A stretch of 64,000 nt of DNA from Eledone cirrhosa (Eukaryota). Every line of letters starts with the position of its first letter. Position 1 is the first letter of the stretch. The position numbers were made by a program, and so were the translations under genes. Positions 53,401 through 64,000 of this stretch are shown here, piece after piece. The DNA lies in the NCBI GenBank assembly GCA_964016885.1, contig OZ024741.1:188604001-188668000 (forward strand), in the 5' to 3' direction. The notes under the pieces are model-generated. The model was not told where the DNA came from, searched no databases, and worked only from the letters and a program-made list of their open reading frames with translations.

Positions 53401-55064
53401 GTTAGTCGTGGGTTTACATATATATTGACCTGTATCGATCGTTTCTCTCGGTGGCCTGAAGCTATATCCCTAGTGGACATAACAGCCGAGTCCGTTGCCC
53501 GAGCTTTCATTTCTAATTGGGTTGCTCGCTTTGGTGTTCCTTCTAAAATAACCACGGATCGCGGGCGACAGTTCGAAGCTTCCTTATTTCGAGAAATATC
53601 ACGACTCTTGGGTGCTCATCACATTCATACGATCAGCTATCACCCAGACTCCAAAGGAATGGTGGAGAGGTTTCACAGACAGTTGAAAGCTGCACTCGGC
53701 GCTACTCCTGATCCGCAACGTTGGACCAAATTTTTGCTGATCATGCTTCTTGGTTGTTGTTCTGCCGTTAAGTCAGATTTGGGTTTCTCCTCAGCTGAAC
53801 TTCTTTATGGTACCACCTTGACTCATCCCGGTAAAATGCTAGCACCGGTGGATTCATCGCATCTTGATCCAACATCATATGTCACCAGGATTCGTTCTTA
53901 CTTCTCGGATCTTCCACCAATGAACCCTCGTGAACAGTCTATTTCTTCTGCTGTTCCATCGGATATTTCTACGTGGACACACATTTTTATACGGAATGAT
54001 TCCGTCAAGGAACCGCTTAAGTCACCCTATAATGGACCTTTTCGTGTGCTTTCGCACACATCCAAACATTTCACAGTGGTTGTCAATGGTCGAAAAGAGA
54101 TCCATTGACAGAGCAAAGAGGGCTTTCTCTGAAAGTCTCATTACAATGCCTTATACACCTCGTACATACACTCCCACACCAACACCTTCACCTCCACCGC
54201 AAACACCACATACCACACAACCTTATGTCACACGAGGTGGTAGGACAGTAAAATGGCCACGTAAACTGTCAAAAACTATATACATTTAACCCCTAGTGGC
54301 ATTAACAAACTCTTTTTCAGTTTCAGATAGAATTAGTGTCAGAAAAGTCTGTACACTGGTGATGTATGAACTATTTGATTTTGAAGAAACTTTGAACTTA
54401 CCATTGAGCATTAATTTTTTCTCTTCTCCTTTATGTTAACTTTGAATTATCAGTTTTGTTACATTTACATTTTTCTTTTGTAAAATGCATTTACTTGTTT
54501 TGTGTTTTTTTTTGCTATTTGCTTCAGTTGCGAGCTTATGTTTTATTCATGCACTTTTTTGTACCTTTGGTTTGCTCCTCATTTCTTACGGGTTCTCGCT
54601 ACAATGACCTTCGGTTGGTTATTAGACTTCTCGTCTGAGAGAGGAGTCTTGTAGTGCTCTCTAGACAAAGAGAAGTAGCCAGAGTTACTTCCCGAAGAAT
54701 TTCTAGAATTCCCCTTGAACTTCCGTTTCAGAGATTATAAAAGAAGGAGCAAAGGACAATCTACCTTTCTTTTACCTGCCGGCTCTAGAACTGACCACAC
54801 CAAGCACAGATGCTAAACTTTTTCTAATCCTATCCTATACCTCAGGATTACACCACACCATGGCACGAGGTACGTTTCACTACCAAAATTGTAACAAGCT
54901 ACTTCAATAAATGCAAATCGTTACTGATACACTTTTCCGAAGTATTCGTCATATTTCAATTACTACATCGTCATTTCTCTTACATCTTCTAAACAAATTA
55001 AATTAGTGGTTGGCATGTAGTGGTATTTACTGGAGTAGATAACCCTATTAGCCAATTCACTAAA
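50455..55064 (+). mobile_element. Ty3/Gypsy LTR retrotransposon #3 (relative of #2, internally deleted)
   Basis: LTRs 50455-50834 and 54650-55064; TSD CAGG; tRNA-Trp PBS; pol similar to #2 but lacking the YVDD segment and the 5' part of gag. Confidence 0.95.
50836..50877 (+). promoter_or_regulatory. Extended primer-binding site complementary to the 3' half of tRNA-Trp
   Basis: tggtgaccccgacgtgattcgaacacatagccttctgatctg versus the reverse complement of eukaryotic tRNA-Trp(CCA), TGGTGACCCCGACGTGATTYGAACACGCARCCTTCTGATCTG. Confidence 0.8.
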
Positions 55065-55254
55065 CAGGCTTTATTTACCAACCCGGTCTGATGATGACCT
55101 GTCCAACCCTTGCTAGCAGGAAAAATGGATGTTGATGATGATGATGACACCCCAAACTGCCTCTGAATTCTTTCAATTGTTTCGAAAACTCCATAGAAAA
55201 TGTTAACAGTTTCTGTTACCTAGGTAACCTAAATAGCAGAAGAAAGTGGGTGCA

Positions 55255-55800
55255 TCAAAATCATGGGATAAAAATGTTCCAGAAGCTACTATCTCTGTAG
55301 ATAATGGGATATTCTCTCTGAGTGAAAGGCAGATTATATGATGCTTGTGCATGCAGTGTGATGTGGTATAATAGCAAAATATGGGCATGAAATGAAGAGT
55401 ATTTGCAAAGAATTGAAAGGAATGAGGCAAGAATGTGCCACTGAATGTGTAATGTTTGTGTGGACAACAGAGCACAAATGAGCCAAGAGAAAAACTCAGT
55501 ATAAGAGGAAATAGATATTGTGTACATAAGTGAAGACTGCGATGATTGAAACATGTGATGTATATGGAGGATAAGATTTGTGTAAAGAAGATCAAGGAAA
55601 TGCAAGTGGGAACAACCTGCAGATGAAGTGGATCAAGGAAATCATAGAAAGATGTGTTGAAATCTGATATCAAGAAGCTAAATTGTATGAAGGAAATGAC
55701 AGAGCCACAACAAGTGGAGATACGCTATGCTTGAGTAGATCTGTCACACTCAGACAAGCATAAAAAAAAAAAAAAATAAAACGATGTAAAAATGATGATG
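55255..55800 (+). mobile_element. Decayed RTE 3' fragment
   Basis: gagtgaaaggcagattatatgatgcttgtg matches other RTE copies; (GAT)n tail. Confidence 0.65.
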
Positions 55801-56237
55801 ATGATGGTAGTGGTGGTGTTGGTGATGATGGTGGTGGTTATGATGGTGTTTTTAATGATAATGATGACAATGATGATGATCATCATAGTGGAGGTGGTAG
55901 TGGTAGTGGTAGTGGTGGTGATGTTGGTGGTGGTGGTGGTGGTGGTTGTAGTGGTGGTGGTGGTGATGGTAGTGGTGGTGGTGATGATGATAATGATTTC
56001 TAGTATAGGCACAAGGCCAGTAATTTAGGGGGAGGGGAAAGTCGATTAAATCGATCCCACTCAGTACATTACTGGTACTTTATTTTATCCATCCCGTAAG
56101 GATGAAAGGCAAAGTTAACCTCGGCGGGATTTAAACTCAGACCGTTTCTTATTGGCAACATGACCCTCCCAAAGCATAACAATATCGGTTTCAACACACG
56201 TTTTCAGATAAAGAATCTTGCTAAACAAATTCAGAAA

Positions 56238-56288
<51 letters not shown>

Positions 56289-56326
56289 AAATAGACAAAG
56301 AAGCCTTCAATACATCAAAAATCTTT

Positions 56327-56374
56327 ATTAGCCTACAATGTTTCGTCCCATTAATAAGGACTCATCAGGGCAAT
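56327..56374 (-). ncRNA. Minimal type I hammerhead ribozyme
   Basis: attGCC-CTGATGA-GTCCttattaatgGGAC-GAAACATTGTA-GGCtaat; adjacent to (TA)n. Confidence 0.7.
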
Positions 56375-56426
56375 TAAACAGATAAGAAGCATTAACGGCC
56401 AGAACAATCCAAAACTCAGAAGAATA

Positions 56427-57020
56427 GGGCGGTGGATTGGCAGTATCGGTAGAGGGTCGGACGCCATGCTTTCCAGCATAGTTACGTCCCTTTACGATCT
56501 GAGTTGAAATCCCGCCGAGGTTGACTTTGCCTTTCATCCTTACGGGGTCGATAAAATAAAGTACCAGTAATGCACTGGGTAATTGCTGGCCTTGTGCCTA
56601 AAGTAGAAACAATTACTGAATATACTAGAAAAATAACATCTGCAACATATTAATCAATTAGAAATAGTAGCCAAATCTTCCTCAAAGTACATGTTTTAAA
56701 AATTTAATGATATATGAGATAATGTAGTCCTAGATACACTGGTTCTGAATAAAATATATGATGGGGGTGGCTGAAAGGAATTCAATGAGAGGTCAATAGG
56801 GATTGATCAGTAGGGATTGATCTAAACAATAACTGTTTCTACTTTAGGCACAAGGCCAGCAATTAACCAGTGCATTACTGGTACTTTATTTTATCGACCC
56901 CGTAAGGATGAAAGGCAAAGTTAACCTCGGCGGGATTTGAACTCAGATCGTAAAGGGACGTAACTCTATGCGTCAAAGCATGGCGTCCGACCTTCTACTG
57001 ATACTGCCAATCCACCGCCC
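56427..57020. mobile_element. Convergent near-identical SINE A pair (56427-56614 +, 56834-57020 -)
   Basis: Reverse-complement match; the second copy is flanked by a ctaaacaataac direct repeat. Confidence 0.85.
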
Positions 57021-57104
57021 TCTAGGCTAAACAATAACAACTAAAAGTTACATCTATATCATAAATGAGTCAAGACATATATCTTAGGTTCATTTAGGCC
57101 AAAG

Positions 57105-57174
57105 CTGCAACTGTTGCTGTTGTTGTTGTTGTTGTTGTTGTTGTTGTCGTCGTTGTTACTGTTGTTGTTGTTAC

Positions 57175-57231
<57 letters not shown>

Positions 57232-57610
57232 TGCAGTTGTTCCTGTTGATGCGACAGCTGCTGTTGCTACTATTGTTGCTGCTGCTGTTGCTATTGCTGT
57301 TGTTGCTATTGCTGTTGTTGCTATTGTTGTTGTTGCTGCTGTTGCTGCTGCAGTTGTTCCTGTTGTTGCTGTTGCTGTTGTTGTTGATGCTGCTGTGCTG
57401 GTGGTGTTGTTGCTGCTGTTGCTATTGCTGTTGCTGCTGCTGCAGTTGTTCCTGTTGATGCTACAGCTGCTGTTGCTACTATTGTTGCTGCTGCTGTTGC
57501 TATTGCTGTTGTTGCTATTGCTGTTGTTGCTGCTGCAGTTTTTCCTGTTGTTGCTGTTGCTGTTGATGCTGCTGTGCTGGTGGTGTTGTTGCTGCTGTTG
57601 CTATTGCTGT

Positions 57611-57642
<32 letters not shown>

Positions 57643-57720
57643 CTGTTGCTATTGCTGTTGCTGCTGCTGCTGCTGCTGCTGTTGCTATTGCTGTTGCTGC
57701 TGCTGCTGCTGCTGTTGCTA

Positions 57721-57754
<34 letters not shown>

Positions 57755-58960
57755 TGCAGTTGTTCCTGTTGATGCTACAGCTGCTGTTGCTATTATTGTT
57801 GCTGCTATTGCTGCTGCTGTTGCTATTGCTGCTATTGCTTTTGCTGCTGCAGCTGCTGCTGCTGCTGCTGCTGCTGCTGCAGTTGTTCCTATTGATGTTA
57901 CAGCTGCTGTTGCTATTATTGTTGCTGCTGCTGTTGTTGCTGCTGTTGCTATTGCTGTTGTTGCTGTTGTTGCTACTGCAGCTGTTCCTGTTGTTGCTGT
58001 TGTTGCTACTGCAGCTGTTCCTGTTGTTGCTGTTGCTATTATTGTTGCTGCTGGTGTTGTTACTGCTGTTGCTATTGCTGCTGCTGCTGCTGCTGCAGTT
58101 GTTACTGTTGATGCTACAGCTGCTGTTGCTACTATTGTTGCTGCTGCTGTTGCTATTGCTGTTGTTGCTATTGCTGTTGCTGCTGCTGCTGCTGCAGTTG
58201 TTCCTGTTGATGCTACAGCTACTGTTGCTACTATTGTTGCTGCTGCTGTTGCTATTGCTGTTGTTGCTATTGCTGCTGCTGGTGCTGCTGCTGGTGCTGC
58301 TGCTGCAGTTGTTCCTGTTGATGCTACAGCTGCTGTTGCTACTATTGTTGCTGCTGCTGTTGCTATTGCTGTTGTTGCTATTGCTGTTGCTGCTGCTGCT
58401 GCTGCAGTTGTTCCTGTTGATGCTACAGCTACTGTTGCTACTATTGTTGCTGCTGCTGTTGCTATTGCTGTTGTTGCTATTGCTGCTGCTGGTGCTGCTG
58501 CTGCAGTTGTTCCTGTTGATGCTACAGCTGCTGTTGCTACTATTGTTGCTGCTGCTGTTGCTATTGCTGTTGTTGCTATTGCTATTGTTGCTATTGCTGT
58601 TGTTGCTGCTGTTGCTGCTGCAGTTGTTCCTGTTGTTGCTGTTGCTGCTGTTGTTGCTATTGCTGTTGCTGCTGCTGCAGTTGTTCCTATTGATGCTACA
58701 GCTGCTGTTGCTGCTGCTGCTGTTGCTGCTGCTGTGCTGCTGCAGTTGCTGCTGCTGTTGCTGCTGCTGTTGTTGCTGCTGTTGCTGCTGCTGCCGCTGT
58801 TGTTCCTATTGATGCTACAGCTGCTTTTGCTGCTGCTGCTGTTGCTGCTGCTGTTGCTGCTGCTGCTGTTGCTGCTGCTGTGCTGCTGCTGTTGCTGCTG
58901 CTGTGTTGCTGCTGCTGTGCTGCTGCTGTGCTGCTGCTGCTGCTGCTGTGCTGCTGCCAT
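57105..58960. repeat. Compound (TGC/TGT/TAT) trinucleotide repeat with higher-order units
   Basis: Recurring gcagttgttcctgttgatgctacagctgctgttgct anchor separated by variable triplet runs. Confidence 0.92.
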
Positions 58961-59231
58961 GCCAAACTAGAAGCAGGGTGTGGACATTCAAATTATTAGA
59001 CTTAAGCCGCCCTCCCCACCAAACTGCCAACAACTCTCTCAACCACAGATCAATAATCACCACTGTATGTGTAAATTGAATGCGTAGTGATCTTGTGTAT
59101 ATATCTTTCTGTTAGTGTTTGTGTCCATGTGTACGTATATGTGTATATGTGTATATGTGTATATGTGTATATGTGTATATGTATATATATATGTGTGTAT
59201 ATATATATATATGTGTGTATATATATATATA

Positions 59232-59389
<158 letters not shown>

Positions 59390-59399
59390 TATATGTATA

Positions 59400-59496
<97 letters not shown>

Positions 59497-59829
59497 TTGT
59501 GTGTGTGTGTGCATGTTAATGTGTATGTGTGTGTAGATGTTAGATGTATACATATATGTGTGTATTTATATCTATGTGTATTATGTGTATGTGTAACTAT
59601 ATATGTATATAAATGTTTTTATGTGTGTCTGTCTATGTGTGTGCATGTGTGTGTCTATGTAAGTGCTTGTGCGTGTCTGTGAGTGTATAAATACATATTT
59701 CTTTTTGCCACACACAAACACACACACACATACATATACGCACGCACAAACATATACACTCTTCTCTCCCTCTCTTCCTTTTCTTCCTTTTCCTTTACTC
59801 TTAATCTCAACTCTTAATCTCCACTCACA

Positions 59830-60242
59830 GCACACCACCACCGCCACCACCACCACCGCCACCACCACCACCGCCGCCATTGCCCCCACCACCACCTCTA
59901 CCACCACCTCTACCACCACCACCACCACCACCGCCATTGCCCCCACCACCACCTCTACCACCACCTCTACCACCACCACCACCAGCACCACCACCACCGC
60001 CATTGCCCCCACCACCACCGCCATTGCCCCCACCACCACCGCCATTGCCCTCACCACCACCTCTACCACCACCTCTACCACCACCACCACCACCACCACC
60101 ACCACCACCACCACCACCACCACCACCACTACCCCCCCCCACTGCCTCCACCACCACCTCTACCACTACCACCACCACTACCACCACTACTACCACCACC
60201 ATTGCCACTACCACCACCACCATTGCCACCACCACCACCATC
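59830..60242. repeat. (CCA)n-based repeat
   Basis: Direct inspection. Confidence 0.9.
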
Positions 60243-60585
60243 ACACGTCCACATCTCCCCATCCCCATGCCTCATCCATTTGTCTTACTTCATTCAGTTC
60301 TTTATGTTCAAACTCTCCATCCTACAACAATGTGTGATTTGATGAGATAGATTGCACCTATCTATGGGACCTATCTGTGATAGTAGCGGTTGAGGAACCA
60401 GTGTATGTTATTATAGTAGATATCTTTCTATCTCTATATCTGTCTATCTGTATATCTTTTCATCTGTCTGATATATTTTACTGTTTTTTTTTTGTTTTTT
60501 TTTTTTGTGTGTTGTTTGTGTTTTTTTAAAAAATCTATCTATCTACCTATCCTACTGTCATTCTATCTCTCTCTTTCTGTCTTTG

Positions 60586-60629
<44 letters not shown>

Positions 60630-60639
60630 AACATATATA

Positions 60640-60696
<57 letters not shown>

Positions 60697-60819
60697 AACG
60701 AGTAGGACCCCGACGGCTGAGCTCAAGCCGTTTCGACGGCTAATTCTGGACTCTACTACCCTAAGTATTGAGTACTTTGGTGCGTTATGGTCCATCTGGT
60801 TCCTTACCACATTTCCTTC

Positions 60820-60867
<48 letters not shown>

Positions 60868-60995
60868 TATGCATACAGACACAAATCTATCTATCTGTTA
60901 ATCAATCTATCTATTTACCTGTTTTACTGTATCTATCCATATTCCTATACACACACATAAATACACTCACAAATATCATACATATTTACATACAT

Positions 60996-61048
<53 letters not shown>

Positions 61049-61062
61049 TTTATATATACATA

Positions 61063-61122
<60 letters not shown>

Positions 61123-61124
61123 TT

Positions 61125-61204
<80 letters not shown>

Positions 61205-61207
<3 letters not shown>

Positions 61208-61320
61208 TTATTAAAATAACAGATTAAAGTTTAAGCAAAGAATCGCTGTTTCAGAAGATCCCGTTAAGGGTGAAAGCAGCGATTCTTTGCTTAAACTTTA
61301 ATCTGTTATTTTAATAAATA
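61205..61320. repeat. Perfect ~43-bp-arm hairpin whose loop is a variant hammerhead core
   Basis: Arms tatttattaaaataacag...aatcgctg / cagcgatt...aataaata; loop tttCAGAAGAtCCCgttaaGGGtGAAAg; related copies at about 27033 and 27257. Confidence 0.7.
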
Positions 61321-61410
61321 TTTGCTCTGCGGTTCTTATATATTTGATATATATTTTCCTTATCGAGCCCTCTTTGGATTTTAGTCTTCAATTTTATTAT
61401 TATTACTATA

Positions 61411-61464
<54 letters not shown>

Positions 61465-61467
<3 letters not shown>

Positions 61468-61957
61468 CATCATCATCGTTTAACGTCCATCTTCCATGCT
61501 TGCATGGGTTTGGACGGGAGTTTTCCCACTTGAGGCAAGATTGGTTGTCCTGCTCGTATAGGACTGTCTGGCGGGTTTTCTACGGCTGGATGCCCTTCCT
61601 AACACCAACCAATATATATATATATATATATTTATACATATATATTTGTTGATGTCAATACAGAAATATATAGATAAATGATTGTAAATATTGCCTCAAA
61701 CAACAACAACAAAACTAATGATTATTCAAAGCCAGCCTATTCTAGTTGCTATGTATATATATATGTAAAAGGGTTTCATGGATAGACACAAATCTGGCCA
61801 TTTATCTAAAATAACAGCTAATTGATATCTACTGGTTAAATAACCTTATACAAGTATATACAGATATATCTATTTGTTTCCTTGTTAGTTTTGGCTGTTT
61901 TCCTCTCTTTTTGTACATATATACATATACACATATACATGTATGTATATGTAAGTG

Positions 61958-61990
<33 letters not shown>

Positions 61991-62235
61991 CATCATCATC
62001 ATCATCATCAACGTTTAACGTCCGTGTTCCACGCTTGCATGGGTTTGGACGGGGGTAGTCCCACTTGAGGCAAGAGTGATTGTCTTGCTCGCATAGGACT
62101 ATCTGGCAGGTTTTCTACAGTTGGATGCCCTTCCTAACACCAACCACATTTACAGTGTGGGTCTGGGAGGTTTTTACCGTGTTGTCTACACGGCCACATT
62201 ACAGCGTGGACTGTGTGTTTTTTTGTCGTGACACC
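61465..62235 (-). mobile_element. Two RTE 3'UTR fragments (61465-61610, 61990-62235)
   Basis: Match 7976-8235. Confidence 0.8.
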
Positions 62236-62315
62236 TACACGATCTCATTTGTTCTCATATGTATATGTATGTATATATATATATATACATATACATAGAC
62301 ATATATACACATGTA

Positions 62316-62356
<41 letters not shown>

Positions 62357-62397
62357 TCATATACATATATATGCATATATATGTATATATATATATA

Positions 62398-62745
62398 TGG
62401 AAGCACATGTCTTAGTGGTTAGAGCATTGGCCTTGCAATCGAAAAGTTGTGAGTTCAATTCTCAGACCGGGTGATGTGTTGTTTCCTTGACAAGACACTT
62501 TATTTCACATTGCTCCAGTTTACTCAGCTGTAGAAATGAGATGATAGGGACTGGGGTCCATATCATTCCACTGCAAAGTGGTCGTGGAGGTGCCACGGCA
62601 AAAAAGTACCCAGCACTCACTGTAAATGAGGTTGGTGTTAGGAAGGGCATCCAGCTGTAGAAATCAAGCCAGAATCAGTTCCCATCCCACCCTTGCAAGC
62701 AGGGAAAAAGCGGACGTAAAATGAAAAATGAAATGAAAAATGAAA
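62398..62745 (+). mobile_element. SINE family B
   Basis: Similarity to 10604-10945. Confidence 0.8.
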
Positions 62746-62788
<43 letters not shown>

Positions 62789-63244
62789 ATCTATGTATAT
62801 ATATATATACATGTATCTATCTATCTATATATATATATATATATATATAATATGTATACATATATATATGTATAAAGATGTATATATATGAATATATAAA
62901 CATGAATATATGTATATGTTTGTTTGTGTATGTATTTATATTTGTATATACATCTTTATACATATATCTATGTATACATATTTATATATATATATATATA
63001 TATAAATATGTATACATAGATATATGTACAAAGATGTATATATATAAATACATACATACATATACAAACAAACATATACATATATTCACGTTTCCTTATA
63101 CACACACTAACCCCTATATACATATTTTACACACATATGTGTATACTTTTCCCATGTCTTCATATTATTTGTCAAAAACCAATATTGTTACATATTTCTT
63201 CTTCTTCTTCTTCTTCTTCTTCTTCCAATAATAATAATAATAAT

Positions 63245-63422
63245 TGTTTCTACTATTGGCACAAGGCCAGCAATAACCCAGTACATTACTGGTACTTTAT
63301 TTTATCGACCCCCGTAGGGATGAAAGGCAAAGTTAACCTCGGCGGGATTTGAACTCAGAATGGCAAGGGCCGTAACTCTATGCGTCAAAGCATGGCGTCC
63401 GACCCTCTACCGATACTGCCAA
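63245..63422 (-). mobile_element. SINE family A
   Basis: Reverse-complement match to other copies. Confidence 0.8.
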
Positions 63423-63459
63423 TAATAATAATAATAATAATAATGATAATAATAATAAT

Positions 63460-63780
63460 GATTTCTTTATTAACCACAAGGCTTTACATAAAGTAGACAT
63501 TAAGGACAGTACAGGACAATACAGGACGGTACATATGGGCATTTCTGTGTGTAAAAAACAAAAACACAGGATGTAACAAAAAAAAAACAATGAAAAATTC
63601 CCCAATAGGGTGGGAGACTTCGGAGGGACATTTGTGGAGAAAGCCCATTAAAAGGCCACAGTGACCCTGACCACCAGGGCAAGTGCCCTCTCCCAGTTTT
63701 CCACCTTTAATTTACAGACACATACTCAGAGTAGGCCCATTCACTCGGGCTATTCTTGCCTCCCTCACCCATCTTTCAAC
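63460..63780 (-). mobile_element. 3' end of a second Tx1-like LINE subfamily in (AAT)n
   Basis: Encodes VERWVREARIARVNGPTLSMSVN*, homologous to RWVNEAKMARVIGPSLFISL* at 38418-38480; ends gtggttaataaagaaat. Confidence 0.75.
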
Positions 63781-63866
63781 AAAATAATAATAATAATGAT
63801 CATTATTATTATTATTTATATTATTGTTATTATTATTGTTGCTGTTGTTGTTATTGTTGTTGTTGT

Positions 63867-63925
<59 letters not shown>

Positions 63926-64000
63926 ATCTATCTAAGGCGGGTAAAATTCCCGAGATCCATGGACGAGTTCTCTCCAGCGGTCTCTGTCCCTCATTATCGC

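Noticed and set aside
57114-58812. Poly-Leu and poly-Gln ORFs
   Set aside because: Triplet-repeat artefacts; the Gln frame is broken by many TAG codons.
59581-60350. Poly-Pro, Gly, Thr and Val ORFs
   Set aside because: All frames of a (CCA)n repeat; no splice or domain support.
63935-64000. Possible further element starting after (CTAT)n at the window edge
   Set aside because: Too short to classify.

Overview
AT-rich, repeat-saturated animal genomic DNA. The SINE, RTE and microsatellite landscape suggests an octopus or other coleoid cephalopod (inference). Only one host protein-coding gene is supported: a three-exon, minus-strand gene (16422->11905, 193 aa, GT-AG introns with matching phases). 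It encodes a PhnZ/TmpB-type HD-domain di-iron oxygenase, i.e. a putative C-P bond-cleaving phosphonate catabolic enzyme in an animal. The rest of the window is mobile or repetitive DNA: a 3.6-kb 29-bp satellite, three decayed Ty3/Gypsy LTR elements, a near-full-length Tx1/L1-clade LINE, a CRE-clade RLE retroelement nested in a Gypsy pol, a Penelope-like remnant, many RTE 3' fragments, two SINE families, a TTAA MITE and a Helitron 3' end. The main unannotated signal is a set of nine complete type I hammerhead ribozyme folds from about eight sequence-distinct families, plus degenerate ones. They sit in short non-coding modules in or next to (TA)n microsatellites, and several are folded back on an inverted copy of their own 3' end. 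Coordinates were read by eye and may be off by a few bases, more for decayed elements.
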